Below are positions 22,498 through 35,636 of a stretch of DNA of 48,427 bases, piece by piece. This stretch comes from Chiloscyllium plagiosum (taxonomy: Eukaryota), in the NCBI RefSeq assembly GCF_004010195.1, contig NC_057749.1, positions 18,530,833 through 18,579,259 of the forward strand, given 5' to 3'. The position numbers and the translations under genes were made by a program. Position 1 is the first letter of the stretch; every line of letters begins with the position of its first letter. Under the pieces are notes generated by a model. It saw only the letters and a list, made by a program, of their open reading frames with translations, had not been told where the DNA came from and ran no database searches.

Positions 22498-24037
22498 AGC
22501 AAACAGACTGTATTATCCCAATGGATGTTCCAAATAGCCTTTCCCTTCCTCCCAACACTGCCAATTCTTTCATAGCTAATCAACAAAGCTTTCAAAGAAA
22601 ATGAGAAAACAAATCTTGTTCATGACGATTTTGCACTTTCTTGTTCACAGCATTGGCTTGGAGATCAATCTTTCATTTGCAGAGATTCCAAAGCAATTCT
22701 GTTGGGTCGGATTCCCTGGAGGCTAAGTCAGTCAGGGCACGCTGAATTAAGATCACAGATTTAACCCATCACCATATGTACTTAGAATATTAGTGTGAAA
22801 CAGCCTTGAACTGGTGACTGCAGGGTGTGGGAATGAGCATTTTCATCATCCAATTAGACAAACGAGGAAATAATTTCTGCCCACTGGCATATAAATTGCA
22901 AATATCACTCCAGAGTGCTCTCAGTGCAGACAGGAATCACAAGATTTTGCAGAGCTACAAGAGGTTGCAATGCAAGGTATAAAAGGCAATACAGGGCAGA
23001 AGTCACTGAGTTATTTTGTAAACATTTTCAGTGTTCAAAAAACACTAGGCCAATCTGAATTGTCCTTGGATGCTGCCTGAACTGCTGTGCTCTTCCAGCA
23101 CCACTAATCCACAATCTGAATTGTACTGCTTTTACCTCCAGGCTGTTTGGCATTCTATTAAACAACACATGCTTGCATCCAATTTAAACAGTGACCTCCT
23201 CAGGTCACAGGGCATCTGAAAACACATCAGGGCAGACCTAAGCCTAATTACTGTTAACCTTCTATTGTATTTGATCAATGTAAAATGGGGAGTCTAATTA
23301 TATCTCAGCCGATGAAATATGGCTCTGGGGCTCTGTTCCGAGAGAGCAGGCAGAGATTTAAATTACCATCCATGACTAAGGATTAGAGAGGTACTTGAAA
23401 CATTACAAAGTTGACAGTAGTTTATTTCTAAGTTGATGAGTGGCACTGTAATGCATCATTGGAAGTGGTTAGCATCGAACAGCTTTTGATTTACTGCTAT
23501 TTTTCATTACGGAAGGAGAGTTAAATGAACAACTCGGGATCAGGATTTTATGAGAACAGAGTGGAACATCTGTGATGCTCCATAATTGTCATCAAATGCA
23601 TGGCTTATTATTTCAAGATGATGCATTTTGCTATTTGTGTCAGTGTATGGCTCCTTCATATTCAAGCAATATATTATTTTAAAATACAATTATTTCAGTA
23701 ATTGCAATGTTTTGGAGAGGATATCAATCATTTTTTAACGATGCAGATTGGCTTGCTGCCAACATTTAGTTTCACTGCAAGAAAGCAGCTCCCTAGTCTT
23801 GGCTGAATTGATATCTCTGTCTCGCACACACAGTGAAGCTGATAATGTCCTGGGATTAAAATGACCCTTTTTGTGGTGTTATCAGCCACTGGAAATTATG
23901 CCGGATATAGGGTCAAAGTCATAGAGATGTACAGCACGGAAACAGACACCTCAGTCCAATTCGTCCATGGTGACCAGATATCCTAAACTAATCTAGTCTC
24001 AGTTGCCAGCACTTGGCCCATATCCCTCTAATCCTTT

Positions 24038-24334
24038 GTGGGCGGCACGGTGGCACAGTGGGTAGCACTGCTGCCTCACAGCGCCAGAGACCCGGGTTCA
24101 ATTCCCGCCTCAGGCGAGTGACTGTGTGGAGTTTGCACATTCTCCCCGTGTCTGTGTGGGTTTCCTCCGGTTTCCTCCCACAGTCCAAAGATGTGCAGGT
24201 CAGGTGAATTGGCCATGCTAAATTGTCCGTAGTGGGTCTGGGTGGGTTGTGCTTCGGTGGGTCGGTGTGGACTTGTTGGGCCAAAGGGCCTGTTTCCACA
24301 CTGTAACGTAATCTAGTAATCTAAATCTAATCTA
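24038..24334 (+). mobile_element. HE1-like SINE
   Basis: ggcggcacggtggcacagtgggtagc... ggttcaattccc; (ctaat) tail. Confidence 0.92.
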
Positions 24335-25515
24335 AACCCTTCCTATTCAAATACCCATCTAGATGCCTTTTAAATGTTGTAGTTGTACCATTCTCCAGCC
24401 CTTCCTCTGGCAGATCATTCCATACATGCACCACCCTCTGTGTGAAAAAGTTGCCCCTTTGGTCCCTTTTAAGTCTTTCCTTCCTCCCTCACCCTAAACC
24501 TATGCCCTGTAGTTCTGGACTCCCCTACCCAGGGAAAAGACCTTGTCTATTTACCCTACCCACACTACTCTTGATTTTATAAACCTCTATAAGGTTATCC
24601 CTCATTCTCCGACACTCCGGGGAAAACAACCCCAACCTAATCAGCCTCTCCCCATAGCTCAAATTCTCCAATCCTGGCAACATCTTTGTAAATCTTTTCC
24701 AAACCCTTTTTCAAGTTTCACAACATCCTTCCTATAGAAGGGAGACCAGAATTGCACACAATATTCCAACAGCGGCCTAACCAATGTACTGCACAGCCAC
24801 AACATGACCTCCCAACTCCTTTACTCAATGATCTGACCAATAAAGGAAAGCATACCAAACGCCTTCTTGACTATCCCATCGACCCAAGACTCCACTTTCA
24901 AGGAGCTATGAACTCGCACTTCAAGGTCTCTTTGTTCAGCAACACTCCCCAGGATCTTACTATTAAGTGTAGAAGCCCTGCCCTGATTTGCCTTTCCAAA
25001 ATGCAGCACCTCGCATTTATCTAAACTCCATCTGCCACCCCTTGGCGCACTGGCACATAAGATTAAAATCCTGTCGTATTCTGAGGTAACCCTCTTCACT
25101 ATCCACTACACCTCCAATTTTGGTATCATCTGCAACCTTACTAACTATACCTCCTATGTTCACATCCAAATCATTTATATAAATGATGAAAAGTAGTGGA
25201 CCCAGCACCGATCCTTGTGGCACACCGCTGGTCACAGGCCTCCAGTCTGAAAAACAACCCTCCACCACCACCCTCTGTCTTTTACCTTCGAGCCAGTTCT
25301 GTAACCAAATGGCTAGTTCTCCCTGTATTCCATCTGATCCAACCTTGCCAGCCAGTCTCCCATGGGGAACCTTGTCGAACGTCTTACTGAGGTCCATATA
25401 GATCATGTCCACCGCTCTGTCCTCGCCAATCCTCTTCAATACTTCTTCAAAAAACTCAATCAAGTTAGTGAGACATGATTTCCCACGCACAAAGCCGTGT
25501 TGGCTATCCCTAATC

Positions 25516-26032
25516 AGAGTTGAAAAATGTTACGCTGGAAAAACACAACAGGTTAGGCAGCATCCGAGGAGGAGAGTTGATGTTTTGGGCATAAGCCCTT
25601 CATCAGGAACGTGTAGGGAGGGGCTAAGAGATAAATAGGAGGGTGGGACTGGGGCTGGGGAAAGGTAGTTGGGAAGGCAATAAGTGGATGCAGGTCAGTG
25701 GGAAGAGAGATGGACAGGTAGGTCAGGTTAAGAGGGCGGTGCTGAGTTGGAGGGTTGGATCTGGGATGAGGTGGTGGGAGGGGAGACTTGAAAACTAGTG
25801 AAGTAGATGTTGATGCTGTGTGGTTGAAGAGTCCCAAGGCGGAAGATGAGGCGTTATTCTGCCAGTCGTTGGGTGGCTTGGATTTGGCAGTGGAAGCGGC
25901 CCAGGACTTGCACATCCTTGGCTGAGTGGGAGGCGGCATTGAAGTGGTTGGCCACAGGGTGGTGGGGTTGTTGGGTGCATGCGTCCCAGAGATGTTCCCT
26001 GAAACACTCTGCAAGTTGGCGTTCTGTCTCCC
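25516..26032 (-). mobile_element. Penelope-like element 3' part (GIY-YIG C-terminus + pLTR)
   Basis: IGETERQLAECFREH...PVANHFN; cctgatgaagggcttatgcccaaaac hammerhead-like; flanks ccctaatcag/ccctatcag. Confidence 0.85.
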
Positions 26033-26705
26033 CTATCAGTCTTTGCCTTTCCAAATATGTAAATCCTGTCCCTCAGGATTCCCTCCGACAACTTGCCCAC
26101 CACTGATGTCAGGCTCACTGGTCTAGAGTTCCCTGGCTTTTCCTTACCGTCGTAAACAGTGACACCACCTTAGCCAACCTCCAGTCTTCCGGCACCTCAC
26201 CTGTGACAATGCATGATACAAATATCTCAGCAAAGGGTCCAGCAATCAATTCCCTTGCTTCCCACACTTGATCAGGTCCTGGAGATTTATCCACCTTTGT
26301 GTGTTTTACGACATTCAGCACCTCTTCCTCTGCAATATGGACTTTTTTCAAGATGTCACCATCTATTTCCCCACATTCCATATCTTCTAATCCTTCTCCA
26401 CAGGAAACACTGATGCAAAATACTCGTTTAGTATCTTGCCCCATCTCCTGCAGTTCCACACATAGGCTGCCTTGCTGATCTTTAAGGAGCCTATTCTCTC
26501 CCTAGTTACCCTTTTGTTCTTAATGTATCCCTTTGGATTTTCCTTAACCCATTTGCCAAAGCTATCTCATGTCCCCTTTTTGCCCACCTGATTTCCAGCT
26601 AAAGTGTGCTACTACTGCCTTAATACTCTTCTAAAGATTCATACGATCTCTGCTGTCTATTCCTGACATATGCTTCCTTCTTTTCCTTGACCAAAATCTC
26701 AATTT

Positions 26706-27004
26706 AGATTAGATTCCCTACAGTGTGGAAAAAGCCTTCGGCCCAACCAGTCCACAGCGACCCTCCAAAGAGTAACTCACCCAGACCCATTTCCCTCTGA
26801 CTAACACAACGGGCAATTTAGTATGGCCAACTCACCTGACCTGCACATCTTTGGATTGTGGGAGGAAACCAGAGCACCCGCAGGAAACCCACGCAGACAC
26901 AGGGAGAAAGTGCAAACTCTACACAGATAGTTGCCTGAGGCTGGAATCAAACCTGGGACCCTGGCGCTGTGAGGCAGCAGTGCTAACCACTGAGCCACCG
27001 TGCC
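26706..27004 (-). mobile_element. HE1-like SINE
   Basis: Same head, central domain and tail as 13597 and 24038. Confidence 0.9.
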
Positions 27005-27569
27005 ATTCTCTAGTCATATGAACGACATTCTGCTTCTTTTGTTTACGATTGGCTGTCAGACCATAGTTCAGACACCAACAATTAAGAGATTCTATTGCAG
27101 AATGGAACCAAAGGAATGGGAGAAGGCTAGTTTGACCTCCATACTGTCCTACCATTGAAACTATGGTTGATCTATGATCTATTCCACATTCCTGCCTTTG
27201 CGCTGTAATGGTTAACACCTTTGGTTGACAACAACCCATTAATCTCAGACTTAAAATCCACAACTGATCGAGGAACAAATACTGTTTACTTGGGGGTTCC
27301 AACTCATGTAGAGGAGAAGCTTCACTCCTGAAAAGGCCTTTCTCTAATTTTTAGACTTGGCCCCCTGGTCTTGGCCTCCCCCATCTGCAGGAATTGTTTC
27401 TCTCGGTCTACCCTAACCGCTTGCCTTAATATCTTGCGAACCTCATCCAAACCATTCTTTCTAAACTGTAGGCAATACATTTGAGGAAAACTTCTCGTAA
27501 TTCCATAAGGAGGAAAAATGTGTTACTAGAAAAGCACTGTAATGACTGAAAGCATGTTATTTTCTCAAG

Positions 27570-27900
27570 TTCTTTCTCCCTGATCAAATCCCTCCATTGT
27601 CTCATTCCTTTCCTATCTCTGTAAACTCCTCCAGTTCTACAAAGCTCTAAAAACTCTGTAACTTCCCCCAATTCTGGCCTATTACATACCTCCCACTGTC
27701 ACTGGCTTACTACTGGCCACGGTCTCTTCAGCCATTTAGAACCTAACCTCTGGAACTCCATCATGAACACTCTCTCGTTTTTAAGACGCTGCTGATAACC
27801 AATCTACCACCTGTTTTATTGTTTCCTGTTTTAATTCAGTAGCCTCTGTCATGCACTTTAGGACTGTTTGACTATGCTAAGAGTTTGCGTGAATGCAAGT
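27570..27900 (+). mobile_element. L2-like LINE 3' end, old
   Basis: aaatccctccat..cctatctctgtaa..ctcctccag; ttcagcc...cctaacctctggaactcc (P.LWNS) pattern. Confidence 0.5.
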
Positions 27901-28169
27901 TAATACACTGCAAAATGTTACAATACTGTTTTGAAGAATATATTTAATCACATAACCTAATATGAAGCAGCACACCTTATTGGAACAGGCTTTCTGGCCT
28001 CTGCATTGCATCGTTACATGTAAATTATGCAAACTTCAAAACCCTAGAATTTTGATCAAATAATATATTTTCATTGTGTGTTCGGGATGAGGATGAGGTT
28101 GATCAGCTCATCCCGAGTTCTGGGAAGATACTCCTCTTTAAACTATTATAATCCCTGTGCTGAGTATGA

Positions 28170-28445
28170 GTTCTTCACTGCTGTAAGTGTTGTCTTTCAG
28201 ATGAAACTTTAAACCAAGATTGCACAACATCTCCTGGTGCTACAGCTAAGAACAACAGGAGTGTAGTCCCCTTTGTTCAGGTCAACAGTTATTGCTCAAC
28301 AGCCAATATCACTAAACCAATCCTGTCATTATCATAGTCTGATTTGTGTGATCTGGCTGTGCCTATGTTGCTGCTGTATTTCCTGCAGTCCATCTGTAAC
28401 TACAGTTCAGAACTAATTCATTATCTTTGGAATCACTGTTGGAAT
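28170..28445 (+). mobile_element. Deu-domain SINE remnant
   Basis: gtctttcagatgaaac..taaacc, gtcattatca..tttgtg, tttcctgca..actaca.ttca pattern shared with 37290 and 39955. Confidence 0.55.
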
Positions 28446-28447
28446 AT

Positions 28448-28988
28448 TGCGTGCAATTCTGGACTCCTTCCTATCAGAAAGATGTTGTGAAACTTGAAAG
28501 GGTTCAGAAATGATTTACAAGGATGTTGCCAGGGTTGGAGGATTTGAGCTATGGGGAAGAGGCTGAACAGTCTGGGGCTGTTTTCCCTGGAGCATCGGAG
28601 GCTGAGGGGTGACCTTATAGAGGTTTACAAAATTATGAGGGGAATGGATAGGATAAATAGACAAAGTCTTTTCTCTGGGGTGGAGGAGTCTAGAACTATA
28701 GGGCATAGGTTTAGGGTGAGAGGGGAAAGATATAAAAAGGACTGAAGGGGCAACTTTTTCATACAGAGGGTGGTGCGTATATGGAATGATCTGCCAGAGG
28801 ATGTGGTGGAGACTGGTACAATTGCAACATTTAAAAGTCACCTGGATGGGTATATGAATAGGAAGGGTTTAGAATGATATGGGCTGGGTGCTGGCAGGTG
28901 GAACTAGATTGGATTGATATATCTGGTCGGCATGGACAGGTTGGACCAAAGGGTCTGTTTCCATGCTGTACATCTCTATGACTCTATG
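28448..28988 (+). mobile_element. Young CR1 3' end
   Basis: LGLFSLEHRRLRGDLIEVYKIMRG; tail ctctatgactctatga. Confidence 0.92.
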
Positions 28989-29109
28989 AATACACTGAGG
29001 TTGTGCAGAACCCTTCAGAAACCGTTGAATCAATCGTAGCAGCGTGACTAGGCAACATCTCCAGTGGTTAATAGGTGGTGCACACACAAACAATCAAATG
29101 GCTTTGTAA

Positions 29110-29570
29110 AACCATATGAATTAGAAATAAATGGAGGCTAGTTAGCCCCTGGAATCTGCTCTGTCATTCAATAAAATCAAGGCTGATTCGAGTGTGACCT
29201 CAACTCCATTTTCCAACAGACCTTTGTTAGTCAAGAATCCATCTCCAACTGCCTTAAAAATGATCAGTGACCCTGTTCCACTGCCCTCTAAGAGTTCCAC
29301 AAAAGCATTACTGTCAGAGAAAAAAAGTCCCTTTAAACCTGTCTTTAACAGGAAACTCCTTAATTTTAAATTTTATTCCCTAGTTCTAGTCTCTCAAACA
29401 AAGGGAAACATCCTGTCAGCATGCATTCTGTTAGGCCCCCTCTGGACCCTAAATGTCACAGTAAAATCACTTCTCATGCTTCTTAACTCCATTGATAAGA
29501 GTTCTAAACTGACTGACTCGTCTCACAATGTGGTCTCACCAATACCCTGCACAATTGTAGCCAAACATCC
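29110..29570 (-). mobile_element. Old CR1 3' end
   Basis: ccctggaatctgctctgtcattcaata, ccctagttctag (TRG) motifs in reverse orientation. Confidence 0.6.
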
Positions 29571-29596
29571 CTATTTTTAAAATTATGCTATTTTAC

Positions 29597-29915
29597 ATGG
29601 TGAGCCTAGTGATATTATTGCTAGGCTATTATACCACTGACCCAAGTAATTTCTGGGGAACTGGGTTCAATTCCTGCCATGGCAAATGGTGGAATGTAAA
29701 TTCAACTATATTCTGGAAATACGAGTTTAATGATGACCATGAAATCATTGCCGATTATCGGAAAATATTCATCTGGTTCACTGATGTCCTTTAGGGAAGG
29801 AAATCTACCATCCTCATCTAATCTGTCTGACAAGTGATTCCACACCCACAGCAATGTGCTGGATTCTTAATTACTGGCCTAGCTAGTGACACTCACATCC
29901 AATGAATAAAATAAA
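29597..29915 (+). mobile_element. tRNA-derived SINE (second family)
   Basis: A-box-like tggtgagcctagtg, B-box ggttcaattcc, body catctggttcactgatgtcctttagggaaggaaatc, A-rich end. Confidence 0.65.
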
Positions 29916-30449
29916 TTCCCTTCGGCATAAACAGCATTTAATTTGCCTTCTTAACCACTTGCTGTAAATGCTTACTAACCTTGGACGATTCATGTGTTTT
30001 GGTGTGTGCATCTGAGGTGCGTGGGCACAGAAACTTGGAGCAGCTCCAAGGCTTGGCAGAGAGGTTGGTACCAAGATATTCAGATCCCTTCATCCATCAG
30101 CATTGTGCAATCTCACTCCATTTGAAGAATATGCTTTTTTATTCTTCCTGCCAGTGACACTTTCCCACATTAAGCTCCAAATGCCAATTTTTACTCACTC
30201 ACTCAACCTATCCAGATAATTTTGCGACACTCAGACCAATCAAAGTCTACCTGCCTGGTCTGAGGTTAATCAAGGATCTGACATCGACAATTAACGGTTC
30301 CTGCTGCATCTCCCTCAAACAATCAGCTTTGTCTTCTCATACTTGATAAATTGATGTTCTCTTTTTAAGTCTGGATTCTTGCATGTCAGCCCCGATGAGT
30401 ACAAGGTGAAAAGCTGTGATTTTGTGTCTTTTTCAGCAAATCTTAAGTT

Positions 30450-30575
30450 TGTAGATATTTTCCCTAATTGACCTGCTTAGAGATGTTATGACACACTTCT
30501 GCAGTGGGTTGGACTTGAACCCAGGCTTACTGACCGAGAAGTAGGGAAGTGACCACTGCATCACAAGTGTCCTAA
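30450..30575 (-). mobile_element. tRNA-like SINE head
   Basis: ggacttgaaccc B-box in reverse; homologous to 40195-40300. Confidence 0.55.
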
Positions 30576-32771
30576 AGCTTAACTTTTTTTACTAACTAGC
30601 CAATTGTTAAAGTTTGATTGTGTGCTTGTTGTCTGGGTAAAGTGCCATTTTAGTTAAAATCACTTATGACTGCTCGGACATCTGCTTGGAAGAAAAGCTT
30701 TCCAAAAATGGGAAGTAGCCATTTGTTGTCCACAATAATCTCCAAGTTCACTAAAATAAGATGAATGCTTGCAAGAATAAATATCACATCAATGTTTTAA
30801 TGTGCAAAGGGCTGCTGATCATCCTGGCTAGAGCTTCTTGCTGTAAGCAGGAGAATAATCATGGTAGCATTAAAAAAATTCTACTTGTTTGCATATCTGC
30901 TTTAAATAAATGTGATATGTGAAACAAGAGACTGTTTGAGCAACTGGAATCACCCAACCAGGTAACAAGAAGCTGATGGGCTGTAAGAAAGATAATTGCT
31001 TCACAAAACCAAAGGCAGGCATGAATATGCTGAGAGCCAGGAGAGCATGTAATGAAACCTACCATCAGGAGTTGACAAGCATAAATGTGCCCCATTCCAC
31101 ATAACATTAGCCCATCAGTAAATGTTAATGCCATTAATATTTTAAATGCTAATGTTTAATTAACGAAGGTTGGATCTGTCTCTGTTGCAGAATATGCCAG
31201 CAACAAGATAGCACGGCCAGAGGTTTAGAAGTTTGTCTGTCCATCTTCCCAGCAGGAATCCAGTAAAATGAAGTAGAGTAATGAAATATGGAGCATTTTA
31301 AATTGAACCAACATGACATGAAGATGCTCCTATTATTTAAAAATTATAGACTTCATTCTTACACTCTCCAAGAAAAAAAGACAGCAAATTCCTCAGATGC
31401 ACGAGAACAAAAATAAATTATTAAAATCTGCTACCACAACAGGCAATCCATTCAGTTTACATCAATGTTGATAAGCACATGAACAAGGGCCTCCCCTCAG
31501 TAGCACAGTCTTTCCCTCACAACACTGTTAAGAGTTCAAATTTCAGCTGGAATCAAGCATTAGACTAATGAGCAATTCTCTTTCTTTCATGCCTTCTCAG
31601 AATGTAACAGTCAGCTTATTTTTAAAATATTAAACAGGAATTGAAAACAGCCTTGCTCAGCCTCCTATTTTCACACAGTAAGGCACATCATTATATTAGT
31701 TACTGCATCAGAAGGTTCTATTAATCTTGCTTAATGACTAACAGTTTCTGTTTGGAGATATAAGCTAGTCTTTTACTGCTGATCTTCCAAGCACTGTTAT
31801 ACACATCCAGTAAAATAACTATGATGCACCGCAAAGCAATTGGACTTGAAAGATTATTTTCTGCCACTTAAGTGTAATATACGGATATATAGAATATGTT
31901 TTCATTATGTCAACAATAGTGTACATTGCATTGGAACGAAGCTGTTAGGAAAGCAAATGAGAGTGATGGTGCAGTACCACATAGTTTTAAATGTCAATGG
32001 GCTGTTCAAACGAGTGCTCCAGGTTTAGACCTGAAATACTTACACCACAAGTCCTCAATCTCAACTATGCAATCATGGCAATTGCCTCAGGTATACTGCT
32101 GCAGGAAGGAAAGGACACTTTTAACAGCTGTTAATGACTGTTTTTCAGAATGCCACTTACAAAAGGCTGAAAATAAATGGCCCCATACATCAAAAAATAG
32201 CCAAAGAACTACAGCATGGGGAGCTAAGTATATAAAATGACATAACAAGGTACCTCAGTCCCATTAACAAGGTGCTATTTTATCATTCAAGCTATGACCA
32301 GGCAATGAAAAGCACCTGCTCCACTGCCTGCAGAACGCTGTGTCAATGTTGGCAGCCAGTTGGGAGTTGAGAAAACAGAGAAGTGGTATAGAGCAATGGG
32401 GGAGAAAATAAATACAGTACAACAAAACTGTCAGCCATGCCTTCTCGCATTCTGTCATTGTATTAAAAATATATTCTTTGGAAAATTATGTTTTTTGGTT
32501 ACACTCAAGATATATAAGACAGTAATCATAACAACTGAGAGAGGTTGGTCAATGAGTACTGATTATACAAATTGGACGTATTCCACTGAAAAAACAAAAA
32601 AGGTGATATGATTTGCTGTTCTTATGATTCAAAAAGGGACTAGACAATCATCCGTGACATATTGTCGAGAACGTTAGAACCAGAGGACAAAGCCTCTGAT
32701 TGAAGACAGGCAAATTCAAAACTAATCTGTGGGAAAATCATTTCAATGATTAAGTGGACAATTCATAGAAC

Positions 32772-33010
32772 AGAAACAAAAACAGAAATTGCTGGAAAAG
32801 CTCAGCAAGTCTGGCATCACCTGTGGAGAGAAATCAGAGTTCACATTTCAGATTCAATGACTCTTCCTCGGAACAGTCCCCCAGAGGGGTAACTGGAACT
32901 GAAGCATTAACAGATTTCTCTCCACAGACGCTGCCAGACCTGCCGAGTTTTTTTTCTGCAATTTCTGTTGTTGTTTCGATTTCCAGCATCCACAGTTCTT
33001 TTCGTTTTTA
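32772..33010. mobile_element. Penelope-derived fold-back element inserted in a CR1 3' remnant
   Basis: aacagaaattgctggaaaagctcagcaagtctggca..ctgtggagagaaatc vs gatttctctccacagacgctgccagacctgccgag..gcaatttctgtt. Confidence 0.75.
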
Positions 33011-33454
33011 ACTTATGGAACAGGTTCCTTCGGGAAGCAGTAGAAAAAGATAGCCTTGAGTCATTCCAAAGCAAATTAAACAATTTTTATTCCAGAAAGG
33101 AAATATTTTGGAATCCGTGAGTAATTTGAGATACAACATGAGCTACGTGTTAATGTGACTTTGGAAGGATGAAAAACTTTGGACCCATGGTTCTACAAGG
33201 TCTTATTCCATATCTGGTCCTGTTATGGATTAATTGATACAGACTGATTGCTACACTTATTCAGTTAACTCTGTTTTCACTGCATCATGAGACAACCAGG
33301 ATGGTTGATGGAGAACTAGGTGAACGTCAACTGGCTTAATTTGGAAATTCCTTTGTTCCCATAAAAAGAATGATAGTTATCACACCATTATTTTGCTTCA
33401 TTCAAATTTTCAGGATATTTTGGCAATTTAGCGTGTAGAATTGCTCTCAGTACA

Positions 33455-33830
33455 TTTTATGAAGTTGGGGCTGTCCCCCTGGAACAAAGGGAGATGGAAG
33501 AGAAATAAAGTATGAAGGCAGACAAAAGCTTCTCCCATGAGCTGATCACATGACAACACGGCAGCATAAATTTATGGTTCTATAGAGGGGAAAATGAGGA
33601 ACATTTTTATGTACTGAGTGATGATGACGTGGAACTTGCTGCCGATGAAGCAGAGACAAAAATTTTCAAAAAGAAATTGGACAGGTGTTTGAGGAAAACA
33701 AATCTAGAAACTTACAGGGACAGAGCAGGGAAATAGGATTGACTGGATTGCTCTACAAGCAGCTGCCCCAGGCTGGAGAAACCAAATGGCCTCCCTCTGT
33801 GTCATAACAACTAACTCTATAACATGAAAT
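33455..33830 (+). mobile_element. Old CR1 3' end
   Basis: Decayed LGLSPLE..., WNLLP reading; aatggcctccctctgtg 3' UTR. Confidence 0.55.
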
Positions 33831-35426
33831 GGCCAAGTGCACCACACCATCAGCAGCTCAAGAAGGCAGCCCCCCCCATGATCTTCCAAGAGGAGGGATG
33901 GATAACAAAATGCCAGTTTTTCCAGTTGCTGCTATATCCCGTGAAAGCATCTTTTAAACAAAAATACAATGATGATGAATCCCAGACATCGTGACTGCCA
34001 TTAAGCTATCCTATTGCCCAACATATAATTCTCCTTAGAACCCATCGACCCCCATTCATGAGGGATTGGAAATAAAGAGAAATGAACACTGCAAGTTCAT
34101 GTGTTACTGGAAAGCAGGGCTATTGAGAAACAGATTCCAGACATTGTATCGACTCCTTTAATCAATGAAACAATTCAAGCTGAATAGGAGTTTTTGTTTC
34201 AATTTACAGAAATCTTACATATTCAAATCCCCATAAAGTATTGTCTAGCAGTATTATTGGAAGATATCGCTTTAGCTTTTTGTGCAACACTTTCTTTGAA
34301 ATTACCAGAGCTTTTTGAATTGCATGTTGATTGGATTATTAAAGATAGAAGTGTTTGGATTTCTGGGTTGCCTGATGTTGGATCACCAAGTTGCTGAAAA
34401 TACATTGAAGACTTTTTGGAAAGTACATTCACATTTTCTTGGGTGAGCGAGTGTCAATTTTATGACAGGTCAGATCAATTCCCAGTTGTGGGGCTTTTAG
34501 TCTCCAAGCACTCAAGAACAAGACAGACCCCTTGTGTGCTTCCTTTTCTCTAGGCAATTTGCTTTTGCCGCATTAACCCTTTCTTCATTGCTTGATGAAT
34601 CTTGGAGTCCAATTTCCCTGTTACAAACACAAAATAAAAAAAATTTGTGCATTATGAAAGCAACAAATATTATATGCAAAATGCCTTAGCAAATAGAACT
34701 TAGAAATAAAATCAGGTCAGACAGCATCTGTGGTGAGAGACAATTAATATTTCAGGTCGATGACTAATATTTGATGTGCGGTACAGAATTTTCACTTCAT
34801 TCCAAAGCAAGAAGGAGTGCTGATGAATTTGTCAAAATACTTTAAAAATATTTAATGTAGGTTGCATGCAGGCATCAAAAAACAACAATTATAACCCATG
34901 ATCCGTTTAAGCATTTCAAATACTCCTGTAATTGGGGTTATAGTTTTTCTGCAACACTGGGAACATTTCCGTTTTGGAAAGGCAGTGGAAGATGAGGTTA
35001 TTGCAGTCAAGAATAAGACAACTTTTCTCCCCCAAAAGACATTAGGTTACAAGAAAGGACAGAAAGGAAGAGTGGACCAAATTCATCCCATCAATGACAA
35101 GCTGATCTCATGACAAGGTGGTTGGGATGCTGTTTATTATTCAATCAGCATACTTCAAAACACTAAGTTATTTACAATTACCATTCTTTGAAAAATTGCT
35201 ATTCATTTGAGAAAATATATCAGTTGTAGCCAACAAATAGCTCCAAACAATTTCTGAATTCTATTTAATCGACTCTGTAGCATCACATTGTGAACTAGTT
35301 GTTAATTTTAAACCTGAGATAGATACAATTTGCTAAGCATAGGTATTAAGGGATATGGGTCAAAGGCAAGCATATGCAGTGAGGTCACAGATCAGCCATG
35401 ATCAGCCAGACTCAACAGACAACCAA

Positions 35427-35636
35427 GGTATTTTTCAATGTATAATTTCAGTTACATCACACTGTAAACTTTTGCTACAAATTCTGTGCCTTACAATCAT
35501 GTACTCCACAACTACCTGGTGAAGGAGCGGGGCTCAGAAAGCTAGTGCTTCCAATTAAACCTGTTGGACTATAACCTGGTGTTGTGTGATTTTTAACTTT
35601 GTACACCCCAGTCCAACACCGGCATCTCCAAATCAT
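35427..35636 (+). mobile_element. Penelope pLTR with mutated hammerhead core
   Basis: ctggtgaaggagcggggctcagaaagctagtg, then aaacctgttggactataacctgg...ccagtccaacaccggcatctccaaatcat. Confidence 0.8.

Larger units (their letters stand above)
23917..26705 (-). mobile_element. CR1 LINE (linker, RT, 3' end) interrupted by a SINE and a Penelope fragment
   Basis: GKSCLTNLIEFFEEV, YMDLSKTFDKVPH, GVPQGSVLGPLLFIIYINDLD, ADDTKIGG, VPEDWRLA; 3' end gtcatagagatgtacagc. Confidence 0.93.

Noticed and set aside
24038..24110. tRNA gene
   Set aside because: tRNA-derived SINE head continuing into SINE body and tail; several diverged copies in the window
34194..34432. Possible exon (ORFs on both strands)
   Set aside because: No recognisable protein; the minus reading (..NSKSSGNFK / KKLKRYL) looks more like an old LINE ORF2 end
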